NCBI GenBank assembly: GCA_034520665.1
Contig: JAXHNJ010000001.1
Span: 386,579-450,578, forward strand
Source: Patescibacteria group bacterium
Lineage (GTDB): Bacteria; Patescibacteriota; Patescibacteriia; JAXHNJ01
DNA length: 64,000 bases
Reading direction: 5' to 3'
The notes under the pieces are model-generated. The model was not told the origin of the DNA. It saw only the letters and a list, made by a program, of their open reading frames with translations, and made no database searches. How positions within the stretch are numbered: the first letter of the stretch is position 1; the number at the start of each line of letters is the position of its first letter. The position numbers and the translations under genes were made by a program. Of this stretch, positions 30,710 to 40,526 are shown piece by piece.

Positions 30710-32288
30710 ATGATTGGCCAAGATAATAATAAAAAACTGAAGCTATAATTAAGATGTATCCAATTCCCAAAGGATGATTAAGATAAGGAGTAGTGAGATG
30801 AATAACTAAAAGGGAAATTAAACCCGCTAAAAGTGATTTAATTAAAATGTAATCATTATTCTTAAGGTATTTTAAGGTATAATGTCCGGTTTTATAGATA
30901 AAAGATATAAAATAAAGATAGGCTAAAAAACCCAGCAATCCAATTTTCACTATAATATCTAAATAAGCCCATTCATAGAGATAAACGCTGATATATTCAG
31001 TTAATTCAGTACCCGGAATCAAAGATTTAAAGGTTATTAAAGTGCCAAAGCCTGAGCCAAAAAAAGGATTTTCTTTTATTTTTTGCCAAAGAGGGTTTAG
31101 CATATTAATTCTATTCGAGGCCGCAAGCTCGGTATTTGGTTTTAATAAACTAGCAAAACGATTGCAAACAACTTGAAAAGTTTTTGGACTGACAGAATTT
31201 AGAATTAATCCTGATAATAAGATCATTAGAATAATGACTAAAATAATAGTAGCTATTTTTTTCTTTGATAAGCTAAAAAGCAAATAAACAAAAGCAATAG
31301 ATAAGCCTAACCAAAAACTGCGCGAGAATGAAATTAAAATAATTAATAATAAGAAAATTCCTAAGATATATTCCGGTAAAAGATTTTTGAATTTCTTTTG
31401 GCTAAAAAAAATAGATCCCACTATAATAAGAAAATAGATAATCAAATAAAAATGACTGGTGCTGAAAATTCTAAAAAAACGCCCCCCTAAATAAGAAACT
31501 TCGGCTAGCCCCAAATCTTTAAGCCAACGGTAAACAAGTGGTTTGTCTTCATTTAATTCTTCTGAAGTTAAATTAAGTTTTTCACGGGCTAGTTTTGTAG
31601 CCTGAGCTAAACGAGCATTTTCTGGTTGATTAGCTAGATTTTCCATTTCTTCTAATTGTTTACTTTCAATTTTAGTAGCCTCAATTAAGTTATTGTTGTA
31701 ATGAAAAATACTAAAATCAGCTAAAATAAAAAGAGTAAACAAGGAAAGAGCGATAACAGAAATTCCCAGTATTTTTAATAATTTTTTGATATTTTCTTTT
31801 TGGCTTAAGACCGAGAAAAAAGGAAAAATTAAAGCTAAATAAAAATAAGCATTAATATCATAAAAAACCAAAGAGGGGTTATTATTTTTTAAACCAATTA
31901 AAAAACCCATCCCGATAAATATTATCAACAATAAATAAGGAAACCATAAATTTGACTGTAAAAACTTGATTTCTTTTTTTCTAATTAGGTAGATTAAATA
32001 AGCGGCTATTAAAACAATAAAGATTAATAGCCGTAGTGAGACAACATAATCAAAAATTGGAAAAGAAAAAAGATAACCTTTGGACCCGATAAACAATTCA
32101 AAAAGAGCTAAAAAAACGCCGTACTTCAATTTTTTAAAACTTAAAAAAACAGTCAAAATTAATATTGACCAAAAAACAGTGTAATTTATCCAAGGGTAGA
32201 TAAAACCAATAAATGATAAGAGAAAAATCAACAACAAAAAGAAAACGTACAGATAGGTTTTTTTGTTTTTTAAAAAAATAAGCTCCAT
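30684..32288 (-). CDS. O-antigen ligase/polymerase-family (Wzy_C) membrane protein
   Basis: Multi-TM protein, SFSRSFWLG, PFFGSGFG, K/IGLLG motifs. Confidence 0.8.
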   Translation of the reverse strand: MELIFLKNKKTYLYVFFLLLIFLLSFIGFIYPWINYTVFWSILILTVFLSFKKLKYGVFLALFELFIGSKGYLFSFPIFDYVVSLRLLIFIVLIAAYLIYLIRKKEIKFLQSNLWFPYLLLIIFIGMGFLIGLKNNNPSLVFYDINAYFYLALIFPFFSVLSQKENIKKLLKILGISVIALSLFTLFILADFSIFHYNNNLIEATKIESKQLEEMENLANQPENARLAQATKLAREKLNLTSEELNEDKPLVYRWLKDLGLAEVSYLGGRFFRIFSTSHFYLIIYFLIIVGSIFFSQKKFKNLLPEYILGIFLLLIILISFSRSFWLGLSIAFVYLLFSLSKKKIATIILVIILMILLSGLILNSVSPKTFQVVCNRFASLLKPNTELAASNRINMLNPLWQKIKENPFFGSGFGTLITFKSLIPGTELTEYISVYLYEWAYLDIIVKIGLLGFLAYLYFISFIYKTGHYTLKYLKNNDYILIKSLLAGLISLLVIHLTTPYLNHPLGIGYILIIASVFYYYLGQSYADKKGKY

Positions 32289-32331
32289 ATTTTGAGCTTA
32301 AATAATAACACATTTTAGGTCGTGGCGCAAC

Positions 32332-33204
32332 CTAATTTTTTCTTTGAAATACGGCAAAAAAAGGGGTTAATAAGGCTAAAAATAGACTTAAAGGTGTAAG
32401 TAAAGCCAACCAATAATAGGAAAAGGAGGAGTGATATTTTTTAAAATAATAAAGAAGGCTGCGGTTAAAATTTATTTGTGAGCGAATTGATTTAACTTTT
32501 TTAAAACTCTCTCCCCCATGGTGTATAATTTTAACCAAAGGGTAAAAATCAACTTTTAATCCTACTTCTTTAACGCGGCGACAAAAATCGACCTCTTCAA
32601 AAAGAATATAAAAATTTTCATCAAAGCCACCGACTTTCTCAAGAACAGAGCGCCTAATTAAAAAATAGGCTCCCATAACCTGATCAACTTCTTTACTTTC
32701 TTTATAATCAAAATCTTGCATCAGATATTTTCTTAAAGATCTAAGTTTAGGGAAAATATGATGGATTTTTAAAAGTATTAAAGTTTGCGACAGAGTGGTG
32801 GGAAAACGCCGACAAGAAGGCTGTAAACTCAAATCTGAGTTTAATATTTTAGGTCCCATTACACCGGTAAAGTGATTTTTTTTCATATAAGTAAGGCTTT
32901 TTTTCAGAGTATCTGGTAAAAGAACAGTATCTGGATTAAGCAGCAAAAGGTATTTTCCTTTTGATTGAGCCAGGCCTTGGTTAACGGCTGTGGCAAAGCC
33001 AAAATTTTTTTTATTACTTATTAGCTTAACTTGAGGAAATTTCTTTTTTATTAAAGATAGGGTATTATCTTTTGAATTATTATCAATAACAATAATTTCA
33101 AATTCTATGTTCTCGGAATTTTTATAAATTGAGTTTAAACAAATATTTAAATGTTTAGAGACATTCCAAGATACAATAATAATTGATAATTCTAGTCGGG
33201 GCAT
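32332..33204 (-). CDS. Glycosyltransferase family 2 (WbbL-like)
   Basis: IIIVSWN, IDNNSKD, LNPD, FEEVDFC. Confidence 0.9.
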   Translation of the reverse strand: MPRLELSIIIVSWNVSKHLNICLNSIYKNSENIEFEIIVIDNNSKDNTLSLIKKKFPQVKLISNKKNFGFATAVNQGLAQSKGKYLLLLNPDTVLLPDTLKKSLTYMKKNHFTGVMGPKILNSDLSLQPSCRRFPTTLSQTLILLKIHHIFPKLRSLRKYLMQDFDYKESKEVDQVMGAYFLIRRSVLEKVGGFDENFYILFEEVDFCRRVKEVGLKVDFYPLVKIIHHGGESFKKVKSIRSQINFNRSLLYYFKKYHSSFSYYWLALLTPLSLFLALLTPFFAVFQRKN

Positions 33205-33206
33205 AA

Positions 33207-35027
33207 TTAATTTAATTTATGTTTCTTGGTAACCATTTTTTGGTATTTTTCTTTATTAATAGTTTTTGAAATCCCTTGTTTTCTCATCGGTCCTTTAAAT
33301 AAAATTTTATTTAGGGCCAAGCCTTTTTTTCCTTCTTTAATCATAGTAAGCCATAAGTCCCAATCCTGAAAACGAGCCAGTTTTTCATCAAAACCGGGAA
33401 AATCCTTTTTTTTCATCAAAGACATAGTGGAAATGTAATTATACTTTTTTAATCTATTTTTAGAAAATTTTAAAGGGTGGAATTTTTTTGAACCAAAAAT
33501 AAATCCGCTATAACAAAAAGAAACAAAGGGATTTAACTCAAGCACTTTAAACATCTCTAAAAGACAATTTGGTTTTAAGATTATATCAGAGTCACAGAAA
33601 AATAAATATTTACCTCTGGCTTTACTAGCTCCAAGATTACGAACAGCGGCCGCTTGATCCGGTAATTCACCTTTATGCTTTCTTTTTAAGACTAATAGAT
33701 TTTTATATTGTCTTAAAACTTGATTTAGTTTTTTATCCGGTCCGTCATTAATGACTATAATTTCGTAGTTTTTTAAACTTTGTAATTGAATGGAGTTTAA
33801 ACAAGAGTCTATAAAATCTGAAGCACCAAAAGCAGGAATAATAACACTGATCAAAGGCTTTTCATATTTTTTTGAAAGTTCATTATTATTTTTTAAAATA
33901 AATTTAACTTTTTTAATCTGAGTCTGCCAGTTAAAAGTCTTTTTTACCCAGTTAAAGCCCTTTTCACCTAATAATTTTGAGTATTCATAATTATTTAATA
34001 GTTTAATTACGGCCTGTGATATTTCATTAACACTTTTTGAATTAACAGCTAGACCGGTTTGTCTGTCTATTATTGTTTCTTTAGTGCCGCCGGCTAGGCC
34101 CAATATTACTGGAATTCTTTGGGATTGGGCCTCTAAATAGGCTAAACCAAAACTCTCTAAGTCTTTTTTTTCTTTTTCTTCACGAGTCGGCATAATAAAC
34201 AAATCAGCAGCCTGGTAAAAAGGTATTTTCTTTAATAAATTATCTTTAACAGCTCCGGTAAAAATTACCTTATTTTTCAAACCTAATTTTTCGGTTAAGT
34301 TTTGCAAATATTCTTTGTCCGGGCCATCTCCTACAATAAGGTAAATGAGATTAGGTATTTTTTTTAGTATTTTTGGCAGAGAGCGAATAACCATATCCTG
34401 TCCTTTTCTTTTAACTAGACGCCCTAAGGTAAGCAGTACTTTTTTATTATTTAAATTATATTTTTTTTTGATAAAATTAGAACTGGTTTTAACCTTAAAA
34501 ATATTCTGATTTAAAGAAGGATAAACTACTATAATTTTTGAGGGAAAAACACCTAGCTCGATAATTTTTTGTTTCATAAATTCTGTGTTGGCAATAACCC
34601 ACTGGGCGTTTTTTAGGTTCTTGGTCATGATTTTTTTCTGTAACCAATTTTTTTGAGGAATCAAAGTATCCACTCCGTGAGTATAAACTAAATAAGGTAT
34701 CTTAAATAATTTTTTAAAAACAAGACCAACTGTAACTAAATTAAAATAATGGCCAAATTGTAGATATTGGATTTTTTCTTGTTTAATAATTTTTTTTATC
34801 CGCCAAAAAAGAGGCAGCCAGGAGGGTTTAAAAAACCGCCAGGGATAAAAATTAAGGCGGATAATTTTCCTTTTGTATTTTTTATCAAAATCTCCCCTTG
34901 GCAAATCATCATCAGTTAATATAGATATTTTATCTTCAGGCAGTTGATAGCATAAATTTTTGAAATAATTTTCAATACCGCCAATTTTGGGAGGAAAGAA
35001 ATTAGTAATTAATAATGATTTTTTCAT
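33207..35027 (-). CDS. Fused GT4 + GT2 glycosyltransferase
   Basis: N-terminal FPPKIGGI...GRLVKRKG...ESFGLAYLEA (GT4); C-terminal SVIIP...NDG...FCDSD...QDWDLW (GT2). Confidence 0.88.
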   Translation of the reverse strand: MKKSLLITNFFPPKIGGIENYFKNLCYQLPEDKISILTDDDLPRGDFDKKYKRKIIRLNFYPWRFFKPSWLPLFWRIKKIIKQEKIQYLQFGHYFNLVTVGLVFKKLFKIPYLVYTHGVDTLIPQKNWLQKKIMTKNLKNAQWVIANTEFMKQKIIELGVFPSKIIVVYPSLNQNIFKVKTSSNFIKKKYNLNNKKVLLTLGRLVKRKGQDMVIRSLPKILKKIPNLIYLIVGDGPDKEYLQNLTEKLGLKNKVIFTGAVKDNLLKKIPFYQAADLFIMPTREEKEKKDLESFGLAYLEAQSQRIPVILGLAGGTKETIIDRQTGLAVNSKSVNEISQAVIKLLNNYEYSKLLGEKGFNWVKKTFNWQTQIKKVKFILKNNNELSKKYEKPLISVIIPAFGASDFIDSCLNSIQLQSLKNYEIIVINDGPDKKLNQVLRQYKNLLVLKRKHKGELPDQAAAVRNLGASKARGKYLFFCDSDIILKPNCLLEMFKVLELNPFVSFCYSGFIFGSKKFHPLKFSKNRLKKYNYISTMSLMKKKDFPGFDEKLARFQDWDLWLTMIKEGKKGLALNKILFKGPMRKQGISKTINKEKYQKMVTKKHKLN

Positions 35028-35030
35028 TTT

Positions 35031-36488
35031 TTACCGTCTAATTATAGATTTAATTACATATCGTAATTCTGAATACTTTATAATTTTTAATAAAAGTATT
35101 AGCGCTATGTATATTAGCACCCCGATGGGTATCAGTAAAATAAAATTAACAGCCGGTTTAAGCCAATAAATACTTAAAGCCATACCGAGCGAGGCGGTAA
35201 GGCTGCGAAAAAACCAGGAGACTATTTTTGCTTTATTGTATTTAATTATTTTTTGAGTCTGATAATAAGCCACTACAAAGAGAAAAACAGCTGAAGAAAG
35301 AGCGGCTATAGAAGCTCCGATGTGATTAAAGCGCGGTATTAAAATTAAATTAATTATGACATTAAAAGCGACTGTTAGGCCTATGTTTAGAGTATTTTTT
35401 TTCTGACGATTGGTAGCGTTTAAGACCGAACTTAAAATAAAATTAATAAAGATAAAAACTAAACCTAAAATTGAAATTCGAAAAGCTGGAATAGAGCGAG
35501 TATAATCACTGGTAAAAAGAACTGTAATTTTATCGGCTAAAACAAAAGCTCCTAAGGATATAGGTAAACTGATAATCATTAAATAACGAAAAGCATTTTC
35601 TACGGTTCTAGCTAAAATTTCTTGAGAAGAAATATAAAGTCTGGAAAGAGCTGGATAAATACTATTATTAAAAGCTAAGGGTATAAACTGAATAGCATAT
35701 GTTAGTTTATAGGCTACCGAGTACCAGCCGACATACTCTTCCCCACCCTGACCTTTTTTTAAAAAAGAGAGTAAGAGTATATCGATATAAGCATAGATTT
35801 TAGTAAAAATACCGGCCAGGAAAAAGGGCATAGCCATTTTAAAAAGTTTTCTTAAAAGAGAAAAATTAAGATAAAACCGAGGCTTTATATCAGTATGTTT
35901 TACTAATTTTATTAAGGCATACAAAAAATTACCGATAGCTCCGATAAGAATAGCTATACCGAGGACAATCGGCTGCTTAAAAATTTGCAGCATAACAATA
36001 CCTGAGCTAACCACCAAGAGCTGATATATTAAAGTGCCGATTGATTCATATTTTAAATTATGAAAGCCCCGGAAAACACCAAATATACTCAAACTAAAAG
36101 ATTCAAAAAGCATAACAAAGCCGGCAAAATAAACCAGAGACTTAGTAGTTTCTGGATAAGATAAAGTATTGATAGTAATATAGATAAGTAAAATAGCCGT
36201 AAAAGCAAAAAATACTTTCACCGTAAAAATAGCTGAAAAATACTTATGAGCCTTATTTTTAAAACGGGAGATTTCACGAATTAAAACCGGATTTAAACCT
36301 AAATCAACTAAAATACCAAAAACTGTAGTAAAGGAAACCGCAAAAACAAATTGGCCGGTACCAATATAGCCAATATAACGGGCATAATAAATAAAGTAAC
36401 CAAATGAGATTACTTTTTGTAGGGTGTAGGCAATGGTTAAAAATAAAGTATTACGAGAAACCTTATTTTCTCTGATTTGTTTAGACAA
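35031..36488 (-). CDS. Wzx-type polysaccharide flippase
   Basis: Multi-TM, DLGL...REIS, VGWYSVAYK, NLILIP...GAS; start set at in-frame TTG 36488 so it does not overlap rpsI (ORF track 36584). Confidence 0.88.
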   Translation of the reverse strand: MSKQIRENKVSRNTLFLTIAYTLQKVISFGYFIYYARYIGYIGTGQFVFAVSFTTVFGILVDLGLNPVLIREISRFKNKAHKYFSAIFTVKVFFAFTAILLIYITINTLSYPETTKSLVYFAGFVMLFESFSLSIFGVFRGFHNLKYESIGTLIYQLLVVSSGIVMLQIFKQPIVLGIAILIGAIGNFLYALIKLVKHTDIKPRFYLNFSLLRKLFKMAMPFFLAGIFTKIYAYIDILLLSFLKKGQGGEEYVGWYSVAYKLTYAIQFIPLAFNNSIYPALSRLYISSQEILARTVENAFRYLMIISLPISLGAFVLADKITVLFTSDYTRSIPAFRISILGLVFIFINFILSSVLNATNRQKKNTLNIGLTVAFNVIINLILIPRFNHIGASIAALSSAVFLFVVAYYQTQKIIKYNKAKIVSWFFRSLTASLGMALSIYWLKPAVNFILLIPIGVLIYIALILLLKIIKYSELRYVIKSIIRR

Positions 36489-36507
36489 TTTTCTTTTTTT
36501 ATATGTT

Positions 36508-36972
36508 TTATCTTTTTCTCCACTGCGGAGCCCGGCGAGCCCGTTTGAGACCGTATTTTTTTCTTTCTTTGACTCTTGGATCACGTTTTAATAAACCTTC
36601 CGGTTTTAAGAGTTTGCGATTTTTTGGCTCTAAAGTTACTAAGATTCTGGACATGCCCAAAGAAATAGCTTCAACCTGTCCCCTCTTACCACCACCTTTA
36701 ACTTTAATTGTAAACTTACCAAATTTTTTTAAATTTCCGGTTACTTTTAATGGCTTTTCAATTATATTTTTGAACTCTAAGTTTACAAAATGCTCTTTAT
36801 AATCTTTTTGGTTAATAATAATCTCATTTTTACCCTTTTTGTAATATCTTACACGAGCCACCGCCGATTTACGCCGGCCAACGGCAAATATATAAGTTCT
36901 TTTTTTGGAACCTTTTTTACTTCTAGATTTTTTATTGGAAGATTTCTGAGTTTTTTTTGCTTTTTTTACCAT
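36508..36972 (-). CDS. rpsI: 30S ribosomal protein S9
   Basis: GRRKSAVARV, GGG, RDPRVKERKKYGLKRARRAPQWRKR. Confidence 0.97.
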   Translation of the reverse strand: MVKKAKKTQKSSNKKSRSKKGSKKRTYIFAVGRRKSAVARVRYYKKGKNEIIINQKDYKEHFVNLEFKNIIEKPLKVTGNLKKFGKFTIKVKGGGKRGQVEAISLGMSRILVTLEPKNRKLLKPEGLLKRDPRVKERKKYGLKRARRAPQWRKR

Positions 36973-36975
36973 AAT

Positions 36976-37323
36976 TTAGTTGGAAATTTTTAATCGTTTT
37001 AGCCTATGTTTTAACAATCTATTATGAGGTAACATGCCTTTAACGGCCATCTTTAACACAGAAGATGGATCTTTTTTCATTAACACAGATAGTTTCTTTT
37101 GCTTAACACCACCTTGATAACCACTATATTTATAAAATACTTTATTTTTGCTTTTAAGACCGGTTAATTTTATTTTAGAGGCATTTTTTACTTCCAGAAT
37201 TAAATTTCCCGGCTTATGGGGCTGGTAATTTGGTTGATCCTTACCCATTAATCTAATAGCAACTTGACTGGCCAAGCGACCAAGGGGTTTATTATTAGCA
37301 TCAATAATTTCTTTATTTTTCAT
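36976..37323 (-). CDS. rplM: 50S ribosomal protein L13 (short)
   Basis: IDA...LGRLAS, LMGK, YSGYQGG, AVKGMLP. Confidence 0.95.
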   Translation of the reverse strand: MKNKEIIDANNKPLGRLASQVAIRLMGKDQPNYQPHKPGNLILEVKNASKIKLTGLKSKNKVFYKYSGYQGGVKQKKLSVLMKKDPSSVLKMAVKGMLPHNRLLKHRLKRLKISN

Positions 37324-37328
37324 ATTAT

Positions 37329-37676
37329 TTAAACAAATTCAATTAAAGCCATTAGAGCATTATCGCCGGAACGTCGGCCTATTTTTACCACTCTGGTGTA
37401 ACCTCCGTCCCGCTTTTTATATTTAGGAGCAATATTTTTGAATAAAATATTAGCTGTTTTTTTATTAAGATATTTTTGAAGATAACGCAGAGAAGAAGGC
37501 TGGCCTGAACGACTTTTAGTAATCAGCTTCTCTATATAGGCTCTAAGGACTTTAGCTTTAGTATGAGTAGTTTTAATACGGCGGTGAATAATTAATTCAC
37601 AGGCTAAATTACGGATTAAAGCTCGTCGTCCAGAAGCGTTACGATCAAGTATTTTCTTTTTTTTACGATGTCTCAT
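37329..37676 (-). CDS. rplQ: 50S ribosomal protein L17
   Basis: MRHR, IKTT, RDGGYTR, RSGDNA. Confidence 0.97.
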   Translation of the reverse strand: MRHRKKKKILDRNASGRRALIRNLACELIIHRRIKTTHTKAKVLRAYIEKLITKSRSGQPSSLRYLQKYLNKKTANILFKNIAPKYKKRDGGYTRVVKIGRRSGDNALMALIEFV

Positions 37677-37693
37677 TATAGTATTTTACGAAG

Positions 37694-38503
37694 TTATTTT
37701 TTTTCCGGGGTAGTTATCGACTTTTCTTTAGTTATTTTCTTTTTCTCTTCTTCTTTTGGCTGGTTTTTCTGGTCTTTTTCATTCTCTACTTTTTTGGTTT
37801 TATCCTTTTTTTCTGTTGATTGTAAACCTTTAACAAAGTTAAAATGCTTAACCAAAAGTTCGGCGGCCTGCTTAAGGGCTTGCTCACCGGTTAAAGTCCC
37901 GTCTGTTTTAATATCTAAAATAAGCCGGTCAAAGTTAGTGATCTCGCCCACACGGACATTTTCTACGTGAAAATTAACATTTTTAATCGGGGTATAAATG
38001 GCATCAATTCTAATATTGCCAATCTGAACCTCTTCTTCTTCTCTTGATTCTACCGGTTTATAGCCGCGACCGCGTTCAACTGTTAACTCCATCTCGAGCT
38101 CGGCTTCTTTATCGGTTAAATTAGCAATAACTTGATTCTTATTAGATATTTCAATATCAGCCGTCGCTTTAATATCACCGGCTTTTACTTTTTTCTCGCC
38201 TTTTTCTTTTAAGATGAGTTTAACTGGTTCCGGGCTGGAATATTTAAAGTTAATCTGTTTTAAATTAAGAATAATTGAAATGACGTCTTCTTTTACATTT
38301 TTGATAGTAGAAAATTCATGCTCAACACCTTTAATTTTAACGGCGGTAACAGCCGCTCCAGATAAGGAAGATAATAAGACCCTTCTCAAAGCATTTCCAA
38401 TTGTGTTGCCATAACCCGGATAAAGCGGCTCAATAATAAATTGCTTTGAATCATCTTTAGCTTTTTTAATTTCAATTTTTGTTGGCAGAGGAAAATTTTC
38501 CAT
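37694..38503 (-). CDS. rpoA: RNA polymerase alpha subunit lacking the alphaCTD
   Basis: EPLYPGYGNTIGNALRRVLLSS, HEFSTI, DAIYTP, RVG; ends in a Lys/Glu tail. Confidence 0.96.
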   Translation of the reverse strand: MENFPLPTKIEIKKAKDDSKQFIIEPLYPGYGNTIGNALRRVLLSSLSGAAVTAVKIKGVEHEFSTIKNVKEDVISIILNLKQINFKYSSPEPVKLILKEKGEKKVKAGDIKATADIEISNKNQVIANLTDKEAELEMELTVERGRGYKPVESREEEEVQIGNIRIDAIYTPIKNVNFHVENVRVGEITNFDRLILDIKTDGTLTGEQALKQAAELLVKHFNFVKGLQSTEKKDKTKKVENEKDQKNQPKEEEKKKITKEKSITTPEKK

Positions 38504-38530
38504 ATTTTTTATAGTTAAGAATAAAATATT

Positions 38531-39154
38531 TTATTTAGCGTAAAACTCGACTAATAATTGGGTTTGTATACCTAATTCCAAATCTTTTTCTTGGGGCTGA
38601 TTTATCACTTTACCTTTAAGCTCTTTTTTATCCAAATCAAGCCAAGAAGGAACTTGGTGTTTTTCTATTTTCTTCTTAAGGTTTTTAAAGAAATCACTTT
38701 CAAGGGATTTCTTTCGGATTTGAATAGCCTCTTTTGGACTAACTTGATAGGAGGGAAAACTAACTTTTTTTCCATTAATTTGTATATGGCCGTGGGTGAT
38801 TATCTGTCTGGCTTGTATTCTTGAAGCGGCCAGACCAAGTTTATAAATAACGTTGTCCAAACGGCTTTCCAATTGTTGTAAAAATAGCTGACCGGTATTG
38901 CCTTTCTTATTCATGGCTTTTTTCATATAGTTTCTTAACTGAGTTTCAGTCAAAGCATACATATAGCGCACTTTTTGTTTTTCCCGCAAATGAATACCAT
39001 AACTAGAAAGTCTCCTTCTACGTTTCTGACCGTGCGACCCCGGTGGATAATTTCTTTTGACCATAGCGCATTTTGGCGTTTGACAACGCTCACCCTTTAA
39101 AAAGAGTTTTTCACCCGAGCGTCGACATAATTTACATTTAGCAGCTATCTTCAT
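38531..39154 (-). CDS. rpsD: 30S ribosomal protein S4 (zinc-binding type)
   Basis: CKLCRR...LFLKGERC...KC, LREKQK, LESRLDN, VEFY. Confidence 0.97.
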   Translation of the reverse strand: MKIAAKCKLCRRSGEKLFLKGERCQTPKCAMVKRNYPPGSHGQKRRRRLSSYGIHLREKQKVRYMYALTETQLRNYMKKAMNKKGNTGQLFLQQLESRLDNVIYKLGLAASRIQARQIITHGHIQINGKKVSFPSYQVSPKEAIQIRKKSLESDFFKNLKKKIEKHQVPSWLDLDKKELKGKVINQPQEKDLELGIQTQLLVEFYAK

Positions 39155-39156
39155 AG

Positions 39157-39561
39157 TTAAACTCTCCTTACCTTTTTAGGACGCGGCCCGTTATGGGGTA
39201 TGGGCGTGCGGTCTTTAATACTAGTTATATTCAAACCATTATTATATAAAGCGCGAACGGCTGCTTCCCGGCCGCTGCCAACACCTTTGATAAAAACATC
39301 AACAGTTTTAAGTTTATAACTCTTGGCTTTCTCGACAGCGTCACGGACAATTACACCAGCTGCGTAGGGAGTAGCTTTTTTAGGACCTTTAAAACCCATT
39401 CGACCGGCTGAAGATGAAGTAATTACATCACCCTTAGTATCCGTTAAAGTAACAATGGTATTATTATAAGTTGAAAAAATATAAGCATAACCTTTTTCGA
39501 CTATTCTTTTTCTTTTTGATATAGATTTTTTCTGTTTTTTGATATTCTTTTTTTTAGGCAT
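39157..39561 (-). CDS. rpsK: 30S ribosomal protein S11
   Basis: STYNNT, TPYAA, GSGRE, TPIPHNG. Confidence 0.97.
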   Translation of the reverse strand: MPKKKNIKKQKKSISKRKRIVEKGYAYIFSTYNNTIVTLTDTKGDVITSSSAGRMGFKGPKKATPYAAGVIVRDAVEKAKSYKLKTVDVFIKGVGSGREAAVRALYNNGLNITSIKDRTPIPHNGPRPKKVRRV

Positions 39562-39576
39562 AAATTAAGTAATAAA

Positions 39577-39969
39577 TTAAGTTTTTTCTACAGCCGGCTT
39601 TTTGCCGGAACCCATAGTTCTTCTGACATTACCGCGTACTGTTCGGGAATTAGTTTTTGTTCTTTGGCCTCGGGCTGGCAGATTTTTGGAATGCCGACTG
39701 CCGCGATAACTACCGACTTCTTTAAGTCTTTTTATATTCATAGCTTGACTTCTTCTCAGCTCACCTTCTACCTGATATTTATCTTCAATCAATTTCCGCA
39801 GTGAATTAGCTTCTTTGTCTGTTAATTGATCTGTTCTTTTGTCGGGGTCAATTTTAGTAGACTTTAAAATTTCATTGGCTAATGAACGGCCAATACCGTA
39901 GATATAGGTTAAAGCAATTTCTATTCTTTTATTCTTTGGTAGGGTTACCCCTGATATTCTTATAGCCAT
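39577..39969 (-). CDS. rpsM: 30S ribosomal protein S13
   Basis: [21 protein letters not shown]. Confidence 0.97.
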   Translation of the reverse strand: MAIRISGVTLPKNKRIEIALTYIYGIGRSLANEILKSTKIDPDKRTDQLTDKEANSLRKLIEDKYQVEGELRRSQAMNIKRLKEVGSYRGSRHSKNLPARGQRTKTNSRTVRGNVRRTMGSGKKPAVEKT

Positions 39970-39981
39970 ATATATAAAAAA

Positions 39982-40095
39982 TTATCCCTGTCTTTGTTTA
40001 TGTTTAGGGTTTTTACAAACCACCCGTACTCTTTTTTTTCGGCGGATTATTTTACAGTCTTTACAAATTTTTTTTACTGAAGAACGAACTTTCAT
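39982..40095 (-). CDS. rpmJ: 50S ribosomal protein L36 (absent from ORF track)
   Basis: Manual translation [37 protein letters not shown], between infA and rpsM. Confidence 0.97.
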   Translation of the reverse strand: MKVRSSVKKICKDCKIIRRKKRVRVVCKNPKHKQRQG

Positions 40096-40100
40096 AATAT

Positions 40101-40361
40101 TTATAATCTATAAGTAATACGACCTTTAGTTAAATCATAGGGTGACATTTCCAGCTGAACTGTGTCTCCGGGCAGTAATTTAATGCGATGCATACGCATT
40201 TTACCCGAAAGATGAGCCAATATTTCAGGTCCACTTTCAAGTTTTACCTTGAAGGTAGCAGAAGGTAAAAGCTCAGTAACCTCACCTTTAGTTTCTATAA
40301 AACCCTTTTTATTAGTCTTAATTTCGCTTTTTTTTGCTTTATTTTCTTCTTGTTTAGACAT
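40101..40361 (-). CDS. infA: Translation initiation factor IF-1
   Basis: [30 protein letters not shown]. Confidence 0.97.
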   Translation of the reverse strand: MSKQEENKAKKSEIKTNKKGFIETKGEVTELLPSATFKVKLESGPEILAHLSGKMRMHRIKLLPGDTVQLEMSPYDLTKGRITYRL

Positions 40362-40457
40362 ATTTAATAAAAATTGTGCCCTTAATAACTTAAAAATGGC
40401 ACAAAAGTAATTTATCTTATTTTAGAAAGCCATTCCTAAGTCGTGAGGTTCAAAAAT

Positions 40458-40519
40458 AGTTTACCAAATACTACTCATACCTGTCAAGTCTTGACCTTAG
40501 TTATTAGTTAATTTATGCT
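40458..40519. promoter_or_regulatory. Back-to-back divergent promoters for the infA operon (-) and ispH (+)
   Basis: Minus TTGACA(40482-40487)-18-TAAACT; plus TTGACC(40491-40496)-17-TATGCT(40514-40519). Confidence 0.65.
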
Positions 40520-40526
40520 AAATATT

